Shown in pieces: positions 1 through 10,192 of a stretch of DNA of 64,000 bases. The DNA is taken from assembly GCA_963822965.1 (NCBI GenBank), contig CAWGJT010000011.1, positions 1 to 64,000 of the forward strand, given 5' to 3'. The notes beneath the pieces were generated by a model, which was given only the letters and a program-made list of their open reading frames with translations, had not been told where the DNA came from and did not search any database. A program made the translations under genes and the position numbers. Within the stretch, counting starts at the first letter, position 1. Every line of letters begins with the position of its first letter. This DNA is from an uncultured delta proteobacterium. Lineage in GTDB: Bacteria; Myxococcota_A; UBA9160; UBA4427.

Positions 1-2
1 TC

Positions 3-914
3 GCCATCCAGGGCTCGGCGAGGCTGCGTCCCCGCCAACGCGATCGGCTCGTCACGGTGGCGACCGAGCATCCGGCGGTGCTCGACGTCTGCGAGGCCCT
101 GGGGTCCGAGGGGATCTCCACCACCGTCCTTCCCACGGGCCGGGACGGTCTCGTCGACGCGGACGCCGTGGCTGGCGCCATCGACAACCGCACCGCGCTC
201 GTCTCCGTGATGCTCGCCAACAACGAGATCGGGGTGCTGCAGCCGCTGCGCGGGATCGCGGCGGCCTGCCGGGCCCGGGGCGTTCCCTGTCACACCGACG
301 CCGCCCAAGCGGTCGGGCGCATTCCGGTGGACGTCGACGCCCTGGGCGTGGACCTGCTGTCGGTGTCGGCCCACAAGCTCTACGGGCCGAAGGGGGTGGG
401 TGCGCTCTTCGTGCGGCGACGGCGTCCGCGGGCGCGTCTCGTGCCGATCCTGCACGGAGGGGGCCACGAGCAGGGGCTCCGCTCGGGAACCCTGCCGGTG
501 GCGCTCATCGTGGGCATGGCCCGGGCCCTGGAGACCTGCCTCGAGGACCTGGAGGCGGAGGCGGCCCGCCAGCGCGATCTGCGCGAACGGCTGTGGCAGG
601 CGCTCAGCTCCGTGCCGGGCGTGACCCGCAACGGCCACACAGAGGCGAGGCTCCCGGGGAACCTGAACGTCACCTTCGCCGGCGTGGACGCCGACCGCCT
701 GCTGCTGGCACTCCACGACGTGGCGATCTCCTCGGGCTCCGCCTGCAGCACCGCGAAGCCCACGCCGAGCCACGTGCTGCTCGCGCTCGGCCTGAGCCCC
801 GCCGAGGCGAAGTCTTCGGTCCGCATCGGAATCGGCCGGCCCACGACCCAGGGGGAGATCGACACGGCCGCCCGGCGCATCGTCGCCGAGGTGCAGGCCC
901 AGCGTTCGGCCTAA
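3..914 (+). CDS. iscS: Cysteine desulfurase (IscS/NifS family), 5'-truncated by window edge
   Basis: [24 protein letters not shown] (PLP lysine), GLRSGT and SGSACS (catalytic Cys) motifs; frame is open back to the window start. Confidence 0.92.
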   Translation, partial: AIQGSARLRPRQRDRLVTVATEHPAVLDVCEALGSEGISTTVLPTGRDGLVDADAVAGAIDNRTALVSVMLANNEIGVLQPLRGIAAACRARGVPCHTDAAQAVGRIPVDVDALGVDLLSVSAHKLYGPKGVGALFVRRRRPRARLVPILHGGGHEQGLRSGTLPVALIVGMARALETCLEDLEAEAARQRDLRERLWQALSSVPGVTRNGHTEARLPGNLNVTFAGVDADRLLLALHDVAISSGSACSTAKPTPSHVLLALGLSPAEAKSSVRIGIGRPTTQGEIDTAARRIVAEVQAQRSA

Positions 915-1162
915 GCTGCCGATCTGAATGCCATTATCCGGGCCGAGCGCTAACGTCTGCCGTCCCGAAGCCATGCGAGCGGGGCGCGACGCGTCGAACG
1001 CTCCGGCCGCTCTCGAGGGGAACCCTCCCTCGTGAAGGTCGCCGGCGGGTCCGGGAAGAACGGAATGGGAGCCCCGGGACCGGAAAAGCCGGGTCCCGAA
1101 GGCGCCTCACTCCCAGGCAATCACTCCAGGGAACCACTCCAAGGAAAGGAAGGGTCGAGTCC

Positions 1163-1773
1163 GTGGCAGAGCCGAAGTCCAAGAACCTCACCTGGCACGA
1201 GGGCCAGGTTTCCCGAACCGATCGCGAGAACCTCCTCGGCCAGCGTGGTGTCACGATCTGGCTCACAGGTCTCTCCGGGTCGGGCAAGTCGACCATCGCC
1301 GTCGCCGCCGAGAAGGCGCTGTCCGACCAGGGGCGCCTCACGTACATCCTCGACGGGGACAACGTCCGCCACGGGCTGAATCGGAACCTCGGGTTCTCCC
1401 CCGACGACCGGACGGAGAACATCCGGCGCATCGGCGAGGTAGCGAAGCTCTTCACCGATGCCGGAGTCGATCGTCTTCACCTCGTTCATCTCCCCCTACC
1501 GCGCCGACCGCGACGCGGTGCGGGAGATCATGAGCCGAGGGCGACTTCGTCGAGGCCTACGTGGCCGCCGACCTCGGCACCTGCGAGGACCGGGACGTGA
1601 AGGGGCTGTACAAGAAGGCCCGGGCCGGCGAGATCCCGGAGTTCACCGGCATCTCGGCCCCCTACGAGGAGCCCGCCAAGCCCGAGCTGGTGATTGATAC
1701 GAACCGGCAATCGGTCGATGAGAGCGTGAACCAGCTGATCGCCTTCCTGGGCAAGGGGGGCTACCTCGGCTGA
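1163..1773 (+). pseudogene. cysC: Adenylyl-sulfate (APS) kinase with two +1 frameshifts (~1469, ~1536); pseudogene or sequencing error
   Basis: [13 protein letters not shown]-loop and [10 protein letters not shown] in frame 1, FISPYRADR in frame 2, [26 protein letters not shown] in frame 3; GTG start after a purine-rich RBS. Confidence 0.9.
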
Positions 1774-1790
1774 GGCGGAACGAGGAGCAG

Positions 1791-3635
1791 ATGGACCGAA
1801 CGGAGCAGGCAGCGGGTCGCGTGAGGCGGCACCGGAAGGCGGCAGGACCGGGGCGTGGCGCGCGGGGCTCCGTCCGCGGGGGTGTCCTCGCCGTCCTCGT
1901 CGCCGCGATGGGGCTGCCGGGCTGCGCGTTGCTGGGGAACGGATCGCCGCCGAAGGCGGCCGCGAGGCCCCTCCACGCCGGCGCCGCTCGCCCCGACGAG
2001 TCGGCCGACTACGACGTCCTGGTGGGCGAGATGGCCGCCCAGGACGGGCGCTTCCTCGAGGCCCGGGATGCCTACCTGCGCGCGGCGCGGAAGGACCCGG
2101 CCTCTGCCCATCTGCAGCGCAAGCTGGCCCGGCTCGCCCTGAAGCTCGACGACGTCGACGCGGCCGTGGGCTACGCGACCGAGGCCTTCCGGCTCGACCC
2201 CGACGACGAGGACACCCGCATCTTCCTCGCGCGCATCCACCGCATCCGGCTCGACCTGCCGGCGGTGGAGTCCGTGCTGCTCGACGAGAACGGCGAGCCC
2301 GTGAGCGCCCAGGCGGTGCTGCTGCTGTACCAGGTCTACATCGAGCGCGGACGGCTGGCCGACGCACTCCGCATCACCCAGAAGCTGGTCGAGGACGAGC
2401 CCGATCTCCTGGACGGCCACATGGCCCTGGCCACCGTCTACGAGCACATGGGCCAGCCCGATGCCGCCGTCCAGGTGATGCGCGACGCCATCGCCCTCCA
2501 CCCGGACCGGCCGATCCTCTACAGCCGTCTCGCTCGCATGCTGCGCGCGATGGACGACCGCCAGGCGGAGATCGAGCTCTATCGCGAGGTGCTCGAGAAG
2601 CAGCCCGACCACTTCGGCACCCTGGTCTCCCTGGGCGAGGCGCAGATCGCCATCAACGATCTCGACGGCGCCCTCGAGACCTACGCGAAGATCGTCGCGC
2701 TGCATCCCGACGATCTGCAGGCCGTGCGTCGCTACGCGTCCCTGGAGTTCGCGGCGGGCCGCTACGAGCAGGCGGCCGCGCGCCTGGAGGCCGCCTTCGC
2801 GCGGCATCCCGAGCACTTCGAGCTGGCCTACTCCCTGGGCCAGGTGGTGCGCAACCTGGGCGAGGACGATCGCGCGATCGCGCTCTTCTCCCTGATACCG
2901 GAATACCACCCGGCCTACCTCGAGGCGCGGCTGCAGCTGGCGTCGATCTACGAGGACCGCGAGGACTACGCGGCGGCGCTGGTCGAGGTGGAGCGGCTGC
3001 GCGTCCTGCGGCCGAGCCGGGCCCTCGAGTTCCACACCGCCGAGCTGCTCACCCGCACCGAGCGCTTCGACGAGGCCGTCGCCCTGCTCGAGAAGATGCG
3101 CGCCGAGAACCCGGACGACGACGAGGTGCTCTACCAGCTCGGGGTCTGCTACGGCACGGAGAAGCGCGTGGACGAGGCGCTCGCGTACATGCGCCTCACC
3201 CTCGAGAAGAACCCGGACAACCCGCACGCGCTGAACTACATCGGATACACGTGGGCCGAGCGGGGCGAGAACCTCGACGAGGCGGAGAAGATGATCCTGC
3301 GGGCCCTCGATCAACGGCCCGACGACGGCTACATCGCGGACAGCCTGGGCTGGGTGTACTACATGCGGGCGCTGCCGCTGATGGGTACCCCCGAGGCCAC
3401 GACGGGCCTGTCCTTCCTGCACAAGGCCCGGGACGAGCTGTTCCACGCCGCAGAGCTGACCGGCGGGGATCCGGTCATCTCCGAGCACCTGGGCGACGTC
3501 CACATGGCTCTCGACGAGCACCGCCGCGCCTACGAGTTCTACCAGGAGGCGGTGCGCCTCGAGCACCGGCAGGACGAGCAGCCCGAGCTGCTCGAGAAGC
3601 TCGAACGGCTCCGCAAGGAGCTGGGCGAAAAGTGA
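1791..3635 (+). CDS. Tetratricopeptide-repeat lipoprotein
   Basis: Lipobox-like LPGC, many TPR helices, C-terminal ALNYIGYTWAERG and YIADSLGWVYY; start uncertain. Confidence 0.85.
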   Translation: MDRTEQAAGRVRRHRKAAGPGRGARGSVRGGVLAVLVAAMGLPGCALLGNGSPPKAAARPLHAGAARPDESADYDVLVGEMAAQDGRFLEARDAYLRAARKDPASAHLQRKLARLALKLDDVDAAVGYATEAFRLDPDDEDTRIFLARIHRIRLDLPAVESVLLDENGEPVSAQAVLLLYQVYIERGRLADALRITQKLVEDEPDLLDGHMALATVYEHMGQPDAAVQVMRDAIALHPDRPILYSRLARMLRAMDDRQAEIELYREVLEKQPDHFGTLVSLGEAQIAINDLDGALETYAKIVALHPDDLQAVRRYASLEFAAGRYEQAAARLEAAFARHPEHFELAYSLGQVVRNLGEDDRAIALFSLIPEYHPAYLEARLQLASIYEDREDYAAALVEVERLRVLRPSRALEFHTAELLTRTERFDEAVALLEKMRAENPDDDEVLYQLGVCYGTEKRVDEALAYMRLTLEKNPDNPHALNYIGYTWAERGENLDEAEKMILRALDQRPDDGYIADSLGWVYYMRALPLMGTPEATTGLSFLHKARDELFHAAELTGGDPVISEHLGDVHMALDEHRRAYEFYQEAVRLEHRQDEQPELLEKLERLRKELGEK

Positions 3636-4429
3636 GCACCGCCCACGCCCGCTCGGCGGCGGGCCTCGCGGCAGCATGCCTCGCGCTCGCGGGCTGCGTC
3701 TCGATGCCGCCGCCGGGAACCCTCGAGCCCCTGGATTCCGCCCGGCCCGTGGCGGTGAGCGATCCCCGGGTGACCTCCCTGGCGGAGGGCCTCGAGGCCA
3801 CGTTCCGCGACCGACGCTCCCTGGTCGCCAGCGCGCGCGTCTCGCTCACGGCGCCGGACCTGCGCTTCAGCCGGCCCCAGCGGGTGGCCCTGCAGCAGCC
3901 GGCGAGCCTGCGCGTCGAGATCCTGGGCCTGTTCAACCAGGTGGCCGCCATCCTCGCCACCGACGGCGTCCGCTATCAGCTCTACCAGCCGGGGTCGGAC
4001 GGCATCGAGGAAGGTCGCGTGGACGCCCGCCTGCTGTGGGACGTGGCGCGGGTGGATCTCGAGCCGGAAGAGGCCGTGGGCCTCCTGCTCGGGGTGCCCC
4101 TGGCGCCCGGGTCGCATCTCGAGGCGGCGCGCCGGCTCGAGGACGGCCGCCTGCTGCTGGCCTTCCGCCAGCCCGACGACGGCTCGCGCCGCATCTTCGA
4201 GTTCGACCCGTCCGCCCACCTCGCCCGGGTGCGCAAACGGTCGGCCAGCGACGCGCTCGTGTGGGAGGCCGTCTACACCGACTACCGTCCGGTGGGCAGC
4301 CGCTCCTTCGCCTACCAGGTGGACATCGATTTCCCGCGCCTCGAGGCCAACGCCGACTTCCGGTTCAGCGCCGCCGAGCTGAACCGCGAGCTGCCCGCCA
4401 GCGCCTTCGTGCTGCGTCCCGACTCCTGA
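3632..4429 (+). CDS. LolB/DUF4292-like outer-membrane lipoprotein
   Basis: GTGA overlap with the TPR stop; lipobox LAGC; LRVEILGLF...LATDG pattern; TPR-lolB gene order. Confidence 0.6.
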   Translation: MSTAHARSAAGLAAACLALAGCVSMPPPGTLEPLDSARPVAVSDPRVTSLAEGLEATFRDRRSLVASARVSLTAPDLRFSRPQRVALQQPASLRVEILGLFNQVAAILATDGVRYQLYQPGSDGIEEGRVDARLLWDVARVDLEPEEAVGLLLGVPLAPGSHLEAARRLEDGRLLLAFRQPDDGSRRIFEFDPSAHLARVRKRSASDALVWEAVYTDYRPVGSRSFAYQVDIDFPRLEANADFRFSAAELNRELPASAFVLRPDS

Positions 4430-4459
4430 AGCGGCCGCGGGCCTCGCCCGCCGGGTCCC

Positions 4460-5350
4460 TCAGTCGATCAGCTTGGGGTCGAGGGCGTCGCGCAGGGCGT
4501 CCCCGGCGACGTTCAGCGCGTAGATGATCAGGAACATCGCGACGGTGACGCTCGCCAGCGGCCACCAGATGCCGGACACCAGCTCCCCCGTCGCGTCCGT
4601 GATCATCGTGCCCCAGCTCGAGCCGTCCTGGATGCCCACGCCGAGGAAGGTGAGGATCACCTCCGACTTGATGGCCGAGAGGATCGTGAGCGACGCCGTC
4701 ACGATCGCCAGGTGGATCACGTTCGGCAGGATGTGGCGGAACATGATGATGGCGTCGCTGGCGCCGAGGAGGCGGATGGCCAGCACGTACTCGCGGCTCC
4801 GGTGCTTCAGCACCTCGCCCCGGATCAGGCGGCACAGCCCCACCCACGAGACCGCGCCCAGGGCGATGCAGATCGCGGCGATGCCCTTCTCGAGCACGTA
4901 GGAGATGCCCACGATGAGCAGGATGGACGGTACCGCCGAGATGACGGAGTAGATCCACACCACGAAGGCGTCGACCCGACCGCCGTAGTAGCCGGCGATG
5001 GAGCCCAGGAAGATTCCGATCGGCAGGCTGATGCCCGTCACGATGAAGCCGATGGTCATGGCGGTCTTCGTCCCGGCCAGGATCTTGTAGAGGATCGAGC
5101 GGCCGAAGATGTCGGTGCCGAAGACGAGGGCGGGGTCGAAGGACGGGGACGCGTAGCTGTCGCCCACCCGGGTCTGGAAGTCCGGAAGCAGCCCCACGTA
5201 GCCCAGCAGGGCGATCGTCACGTACACCGCGATCACCGCGAAGCAGGTGACCACCGTGCGATCGCGCCGGAGGGTGCGCAGGGCCCGCCGGCCGAGGCTC
5301 TCCCCGCGCGCATGCGGCTCCACCACCTCGATGTCCAGGGGCTGTGCCAT
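4460..5350 (-). CDS. oppC: Oligopeptide ABC transporter permease (OppC/DppC)
   Basis: FGTDIFGRS, REYVLAIRLLGAS (EAA loop), RHILPN, GDALRDALDP. Confidence 0.9.
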   Translation of the reverse strand: MAQPLDIEVVEPHARGESLGRRALRTLRRDRTVVTCFAVIAVYVTIALLGYVGLLPDFQTRVGDSYASPSFDPALVFGTDIFGRSILYKILAGTKTAMTIGFIVTGISLPIGIFLGSIAGYYGGRVDAFVVWIYSVISAVPSILLIVGISYVLEKGIAAICIALGAVSWVGLCRLIRGEVLKHRSREYVLAIRLLGASDAIIMFRHILPNVIHLAIVTASLTILSAIKSEVILTFLGVGIQDGSSWGTMITDATGELVSGIWWPLASVTVAMFLIIYALNVAGDALRDALDPKLID

Positions 5351-6282
5351 CAGGAGAGCTGCACCCGCGGATCCACCCACGCATAGAGCAGGTCCGTGAT
5401 GAGGTTGAAGAGCGCGTAGGCGATGGCGATCAGCACCGTGAGCCCCTTCAGGATGGGGAAGTCGCCGGTATTGATCGCCGTGATCATGATGTCGCCCACG
5501 CCCGGGATGCTGAAGAAGCGCTCCATCAGGAACGCCCCGAGGATGAGGAAGGGGATGCCGATCACCACGTGGGTCAGGATCGGGATCAGTGCGTTCTTGA
5601 GGATGTGTCCGAAGATCACCGCCGGCTGCGAGGCGCCCTTGGCGAAGGCGGTGCGGACGTAGTCGGCCTTGGTCTCGTCGAGGAAGACCGTGCGGTAGAT
5701 CCGGATGTCGGGGCCGGCGGTCACCACGATGATGATGATCCAGGGCAGGAGCAGGTACTGGATGCCCGCGAGCCCCGACTCGAAGCCGTTGATCGGGAAC
5801 CAGCCCGCCTGGTAGGCCAGCAGGTACTGGAAGGCGATGATGTAGACGAGGTACGAGATGCTCATGGACCCGACGAAGAGCGCGGTGGAGACGCGGTCGA
5901 GCCAGCCGCCCCGGAAGTAGGCGATGAGCAGCGCGATGGAGATGTTCGTCACGGTGCCGAACACGTAGGGGAACACCGTGAGGGAGAGCGAGACCAACGC
6001 GCCCTGCCGGAACATGGCCGTCAGGGGCTCGCCGGTGTTGAACGAGCGTCCGAAGTCGAGGGTGACGATCTGCCCCAGGAAGTGCAGGAACTGCAGCCAC
6101 AGCGGCTGGTCGAGTCCCCACTCGGCGCGCAGGTCCGCCATCGCCTCGGGGGTGGCGTGCTGTCCGAGGGCCACCAGCACCGGGTCCTCGCCCACGCTCG
6201 TGAAGAGCAGGAAGACGAGCAGCGCCACCCCGAGGATGATCGGGATCATCTGCAGCAGGCGCCGTACGACGTAGGCGGCCAT
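5350..6282 (-). CDS. oppB: Oligopeptide ABC transporter permease (OppB/DppB)
   Basis: YVVRRLL, GLDQPL, DYVRTAFAKG, HILKNAL, DLLYAWVDPR. Confidence 0.92.
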   Translation of the reverse strand: MAAYVVRRLLQMIPIILGVALLVFLLFTSVGEDPVLVALGQHATPEAMADLRAEWGLDQPLWLQFLHFLGQIVTLDFGRSFNTGEPLTAMFRQGALVSLSLTVFPYVFGTVTNISIALLIAYFRGGWLDRVSTALFVGSMSISYLVYIIAFQYLLAYQAGWFPINGFESGLAGIQYLLLPWIIIIVVTAGPDIRIYRTVFLDETKADYVRTAFAKGASQPAVIFGHILKNALIPILTHVVIGIPFLILGAFLMERFFSIPGVGDIMITAINTGDFPILKGLTVLIAIAYALFNLITDLLYAWVDPRVQLS

Positions 6283-6311
6283 CTACCGGGCCCTCCGGAC
6301 CGCGCCGCCCC

Positions 6312-8141
6312 TCACAGCACCGGGCTCCCCACCTTGTCGAAGTACTTGTAGGGCTTGTCGACGAGCATGTTGCGCTTCATGTTGCGGACGTTCTTCTGGT
6401 AGATCCCGAAGGCGATGCCGTCGTAGCGGAGCAGGATGGGCACCTCCTCCTTCACGATCTCCGACATGCGGCGGAAGAGCGCGTAGCGCTCGGGCCCGTT
6501 GGCCATGTTGCGGATCTGCTCGTAGAGGGCGTCGTACTCCGGATTCTGGAAGGTGCTCGCGTTCGGTCCGGGCGTCTTGTTCGGCCCGTAGAGCAGCTGG
6601 TAGAAGTTCTCGCCGTCCGGGTAGTCCGCCGCCCAGCCCGAGGAGGCGACCTGGAAGTTGCCCGACTCGACCTTTTGCAGGAACGCCGAGAAGGTGCTGA
6701 AGTTGGCCTTCGCGCGGATTCCCACCGTGGCGAGCTCGTTGCGGATGTACTCGAAGCCCTGGCGGGCGTCCTTGGTGGGCGAGCGGTACTCGAAGACGAT
6801 CTCGGGCAGGCCCTCGCCGCCGGGATAGCCGGCTTCCGCGAGCTTCTTCTTCGCCATCTCCTTGTCGCGGTGGTAGTACTCGAAGTCGATGTCCGCCTGG
6901 GAGCCCGCGATCGGATACGGGACGATGGTGGAGAGGGGCAGCGCGCGTCCGTTCATCAGCAGGTCGATGTAGCCCTGGGTGTCGAGGGCCCAGGCGATCG
7001 CCTGGCGCAGGGCGCGGTTCTTTCCGACGACCGGGTCCTGCAGGTTGAAGACGAAGTACTCCGCGCTGAGGGACGGCTCGGCGTAATGGTCGTAGAGGCG
7101 CGCGTACTCGTCCTTGAGGTGGAAGGTCCCGTCTTCGGCCTTGTAGGCCATGTTCGGGAAGTCGTCCTTGGTGATGCCGATCCAGTCGAGCTCCGCCTTG
7201 CGGAACTTCAGCATGGCGGGCTGCGGCTCCTCGATGAGCGGCATGTGGACCTCGTCCACGAAGGGCAGGGGCTTTCCGGCGTCCTCGAGCAGCCCGCGCT
7301 CGGCGTCGCCCGGCGCTCCCTCGCTCGGGTACCGGCCGTGATAGCGCGGGTACTTCTCGAGGATCATCGTGCCGCGTCGCGAGAACTGCTTGATGCGGAA
7401 GGGACCCGTTCCCACCGGGTGGTTCGCGAACTCCTCCCCGTACTTCTCCACGGCTTCGCGCGGCACGATGGAGAGCGAGGTCATCGCGAACGGGAAGAGG
7501 GCGAGGGGCGTGTCCTGGGTGAACTCCACCTCGAAGGTGTGGGCGTCGATCCGCCGCAGGCCCGATACCGGATGCTCGTCGTAGTCGATGGCCTCTCCGA
7601 GCTCGCGCGTCTTCTCCCGGAAGGCGTCGAGCCCCTCCACGTAGCCCTGGAGCAGCACCCAGCTCTTGTTGTTGACGTTCGCGTCGGCGAAGCGTTGGAT
7701 GGAGTAGATGGCGTCGTCGGCCACCAGCTCCCGGCCCTCGCCGCCCGGGAAGCACGGGTCGTCGTGGAAGCGGATGCCCTCGCGCAGGTGGAACACGTAG
7801 GTCTTGCCGTCGTCCTTCCGCTTGGGCAGCTCGCTCACCAGGTTGGGCGCCAGGCGGTAGGGGCGCGCCAGGTAGTGGTACTCGAGCAGGGTGTCGTAGA
7901 CGTTCATGATGATCTCCGCCGAGGCCTGGTCGAACTGGCGCGGCGGGTCGAGGGTCTTGTGGGCGGTGGCGCGCGCGTCGTAGAAGATCTTGAGACCGGC
8001 GTTCGCGGCGGCCTGGCGCGCGCCGTCCTCCCCGGAGCAGCCGGCGAGAGGCGACGCGAGGGTCGCGAGGCAAGCGAGGGCGAGCACCAGCGGCAGTCCG
8101 AGGGCCGACGGGGTCCGGCCGGGCGTCTTCGTAGGCTTCAC
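6312..8141 (-). CDS. oppA: Oligopeptide ABC substrate-binding lipoprotein (SBP family 5)
   Basis: AGGAGG RBS before GTG; lipobox LAGC; TLDP, LREGIRFHD, PVGTGPF, GWAADYPD. Confidence 0.9.
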   Translation of the reverse strand: MKPTKTPGRTPSALGLPLVLALACLATLASPLAGCSGEDGARQAAANAGLKIFYDARATAHKTLDPPRQFDQASAEIIMNVYDTLLEYHYLARPYRLAPNLVSELPKRKDDGKTYVFHLREGIRFHDDPCFPGGEGRELVADDAIYSIQRFADANVNNKSWVLLQGYVEGLDAFREKTRELGEAIDYDEHPVSGLRRIDAHTFEVEFTQDTPLALFPFAMTSLSIVPREAVEKYGEEFANHPVGTGPFRIKQFSRRGTMILEKYPRYHGRYPSEGAPGDAERGLLEDAGKPLPFVDEVHMPLIEEPQPAMLKFRKAELDWIGITKDDFPNMAYKAEDGTFHLKDEYARLYDHYAEPSLSAEYFVFNLQDPVVGKNRALRQAIAWALDTQGYIDLLMNGRALPLSTIVPYPIAGSQADIDFEYYHRDKEMAKKKLAEAGYPGGEGLPEIVFEYRSPTKDARQGFEYIRNELATVGIRAKANFSTFSAFLQKVESGNFQVASSGWAADYPDGENFYQLLYGPNKTPGPNASTFQNPEYDALYEQIRNMANGPERYALFRRMSEIVKEEVPILLRYDGIAFGIYQKNVRNMKRNMLVDKPYKYFDKVGSPVL

Positions 8142-8155
8142 GACGGGTTTTCCTC

Positions 8156-9156
8156 CTACTGGGTCGCGGGTTCGGGCAGGCCGGCGATCTCGTCCGCACG
8201 GATGCACGCCACGAGATGGTCGGGGTCGTCGGCCGCGCCGGCCAGGGGCGGCAGCACCTCGCGGCAGCGCGGCACCGCGAAGTGGCAGCGGGTGTGGAAG
8301 GGGCAGCCCGGCGGCGGCGCGCTCGGGTTCGGGACGTCGCCCTCCACCGGCACCCGGGGTCGCTGGCGGTTCGGGTCGGCCACGGGAACGGCCGCCAGCA
8401 GGGCCTGGGTGTAGGGGTGCCGCGGGCGCCGGTAGATCGCCTCGGAGCTCGCCAGCTCCATGATCCGTCCGAGGTACATGACGGCCACCCGGTCCGAGAT
8501 GTACTTGACCACCGTCAGATCGTGGGAGATGAAGAGATAGGTGAGGCCGTGCTGTCGCTGCAGGTCGACGAGCAGGTTCAGCACCTGGGACTGGATCGAG
8601 ACGTCCAGGGCCGAGACGGGCTCGTCGGCGATCACCAGGCGGGGCTCGAGCACGAGGGCGCGCGCGATGCCGATGCGCTGGCGCTGGCCGCCGCTGAACT
8701 CGTGGGGGTACTTCGGCAGGTCCGAGACGCGCAGGCCGACGGTCTCCACCAGACGTCGGACCCGGCTGCGGCGCTCCTCTCGGGAGCGCACGCCGTGCAG
8801 CAGCAGCGGCTCCTCGAGGGTCCGCTCGATGGTGCGGCGCGGGTTGAGGGACGTGTACGGGTCCTGGAACACCATCTGTACGTCCGCGCGAAGCTCCTTC
8901 AGCTCGGGGGCCGTCAAGCCGGCGACGTCCCGTCCATCGAAGCGCACGCTGCCCGCGGTCGGCTCGTAGAGCCGCACCAGGGCGCGGCCGAGGGTGGTCT
9001 TGCCGCAGCCCGATTCGCCGACGATGCCCAGGGTCTCGCCCGGCTGCACGGAGAAGCTCACGTCGTTGACCGCGTAGACCCAGCCGACCGGCCGCTGGAG
9101 CACCCCGCCGAGGATCGGGAAGTGGATGCTCAGCTTGTCCACCTCGAGCAGCGGGT

Positions 9157-9160
<4 letters not shown>
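8156..9160 (-). CDS. oppF: Oligopeptide ABC ATPase (OppF/DppF)
   Basis: [40 protein letters not shown]. Confidence 0.92.
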
Positions 9161-10158
<998 letters not shown>

Positions 10159-10192
10159 CCTCGATGCCTATCGGCGGCAGCGGGTCGGAACC

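Noticed and set aside
1066..1120. Glycine or SAM riboswitch upstream of cysC (CCGAAGGCGC..ACTCCCAGGCAA)
   Set aside because: P3a pairing and GGAGA junction do not fit; no SAM-I core; kept only as an unknown structured leader
1460..1540. Programmed frameshifting in cysC
   Set aside because: No slippery sequence; two successive +1 shifts would be needed
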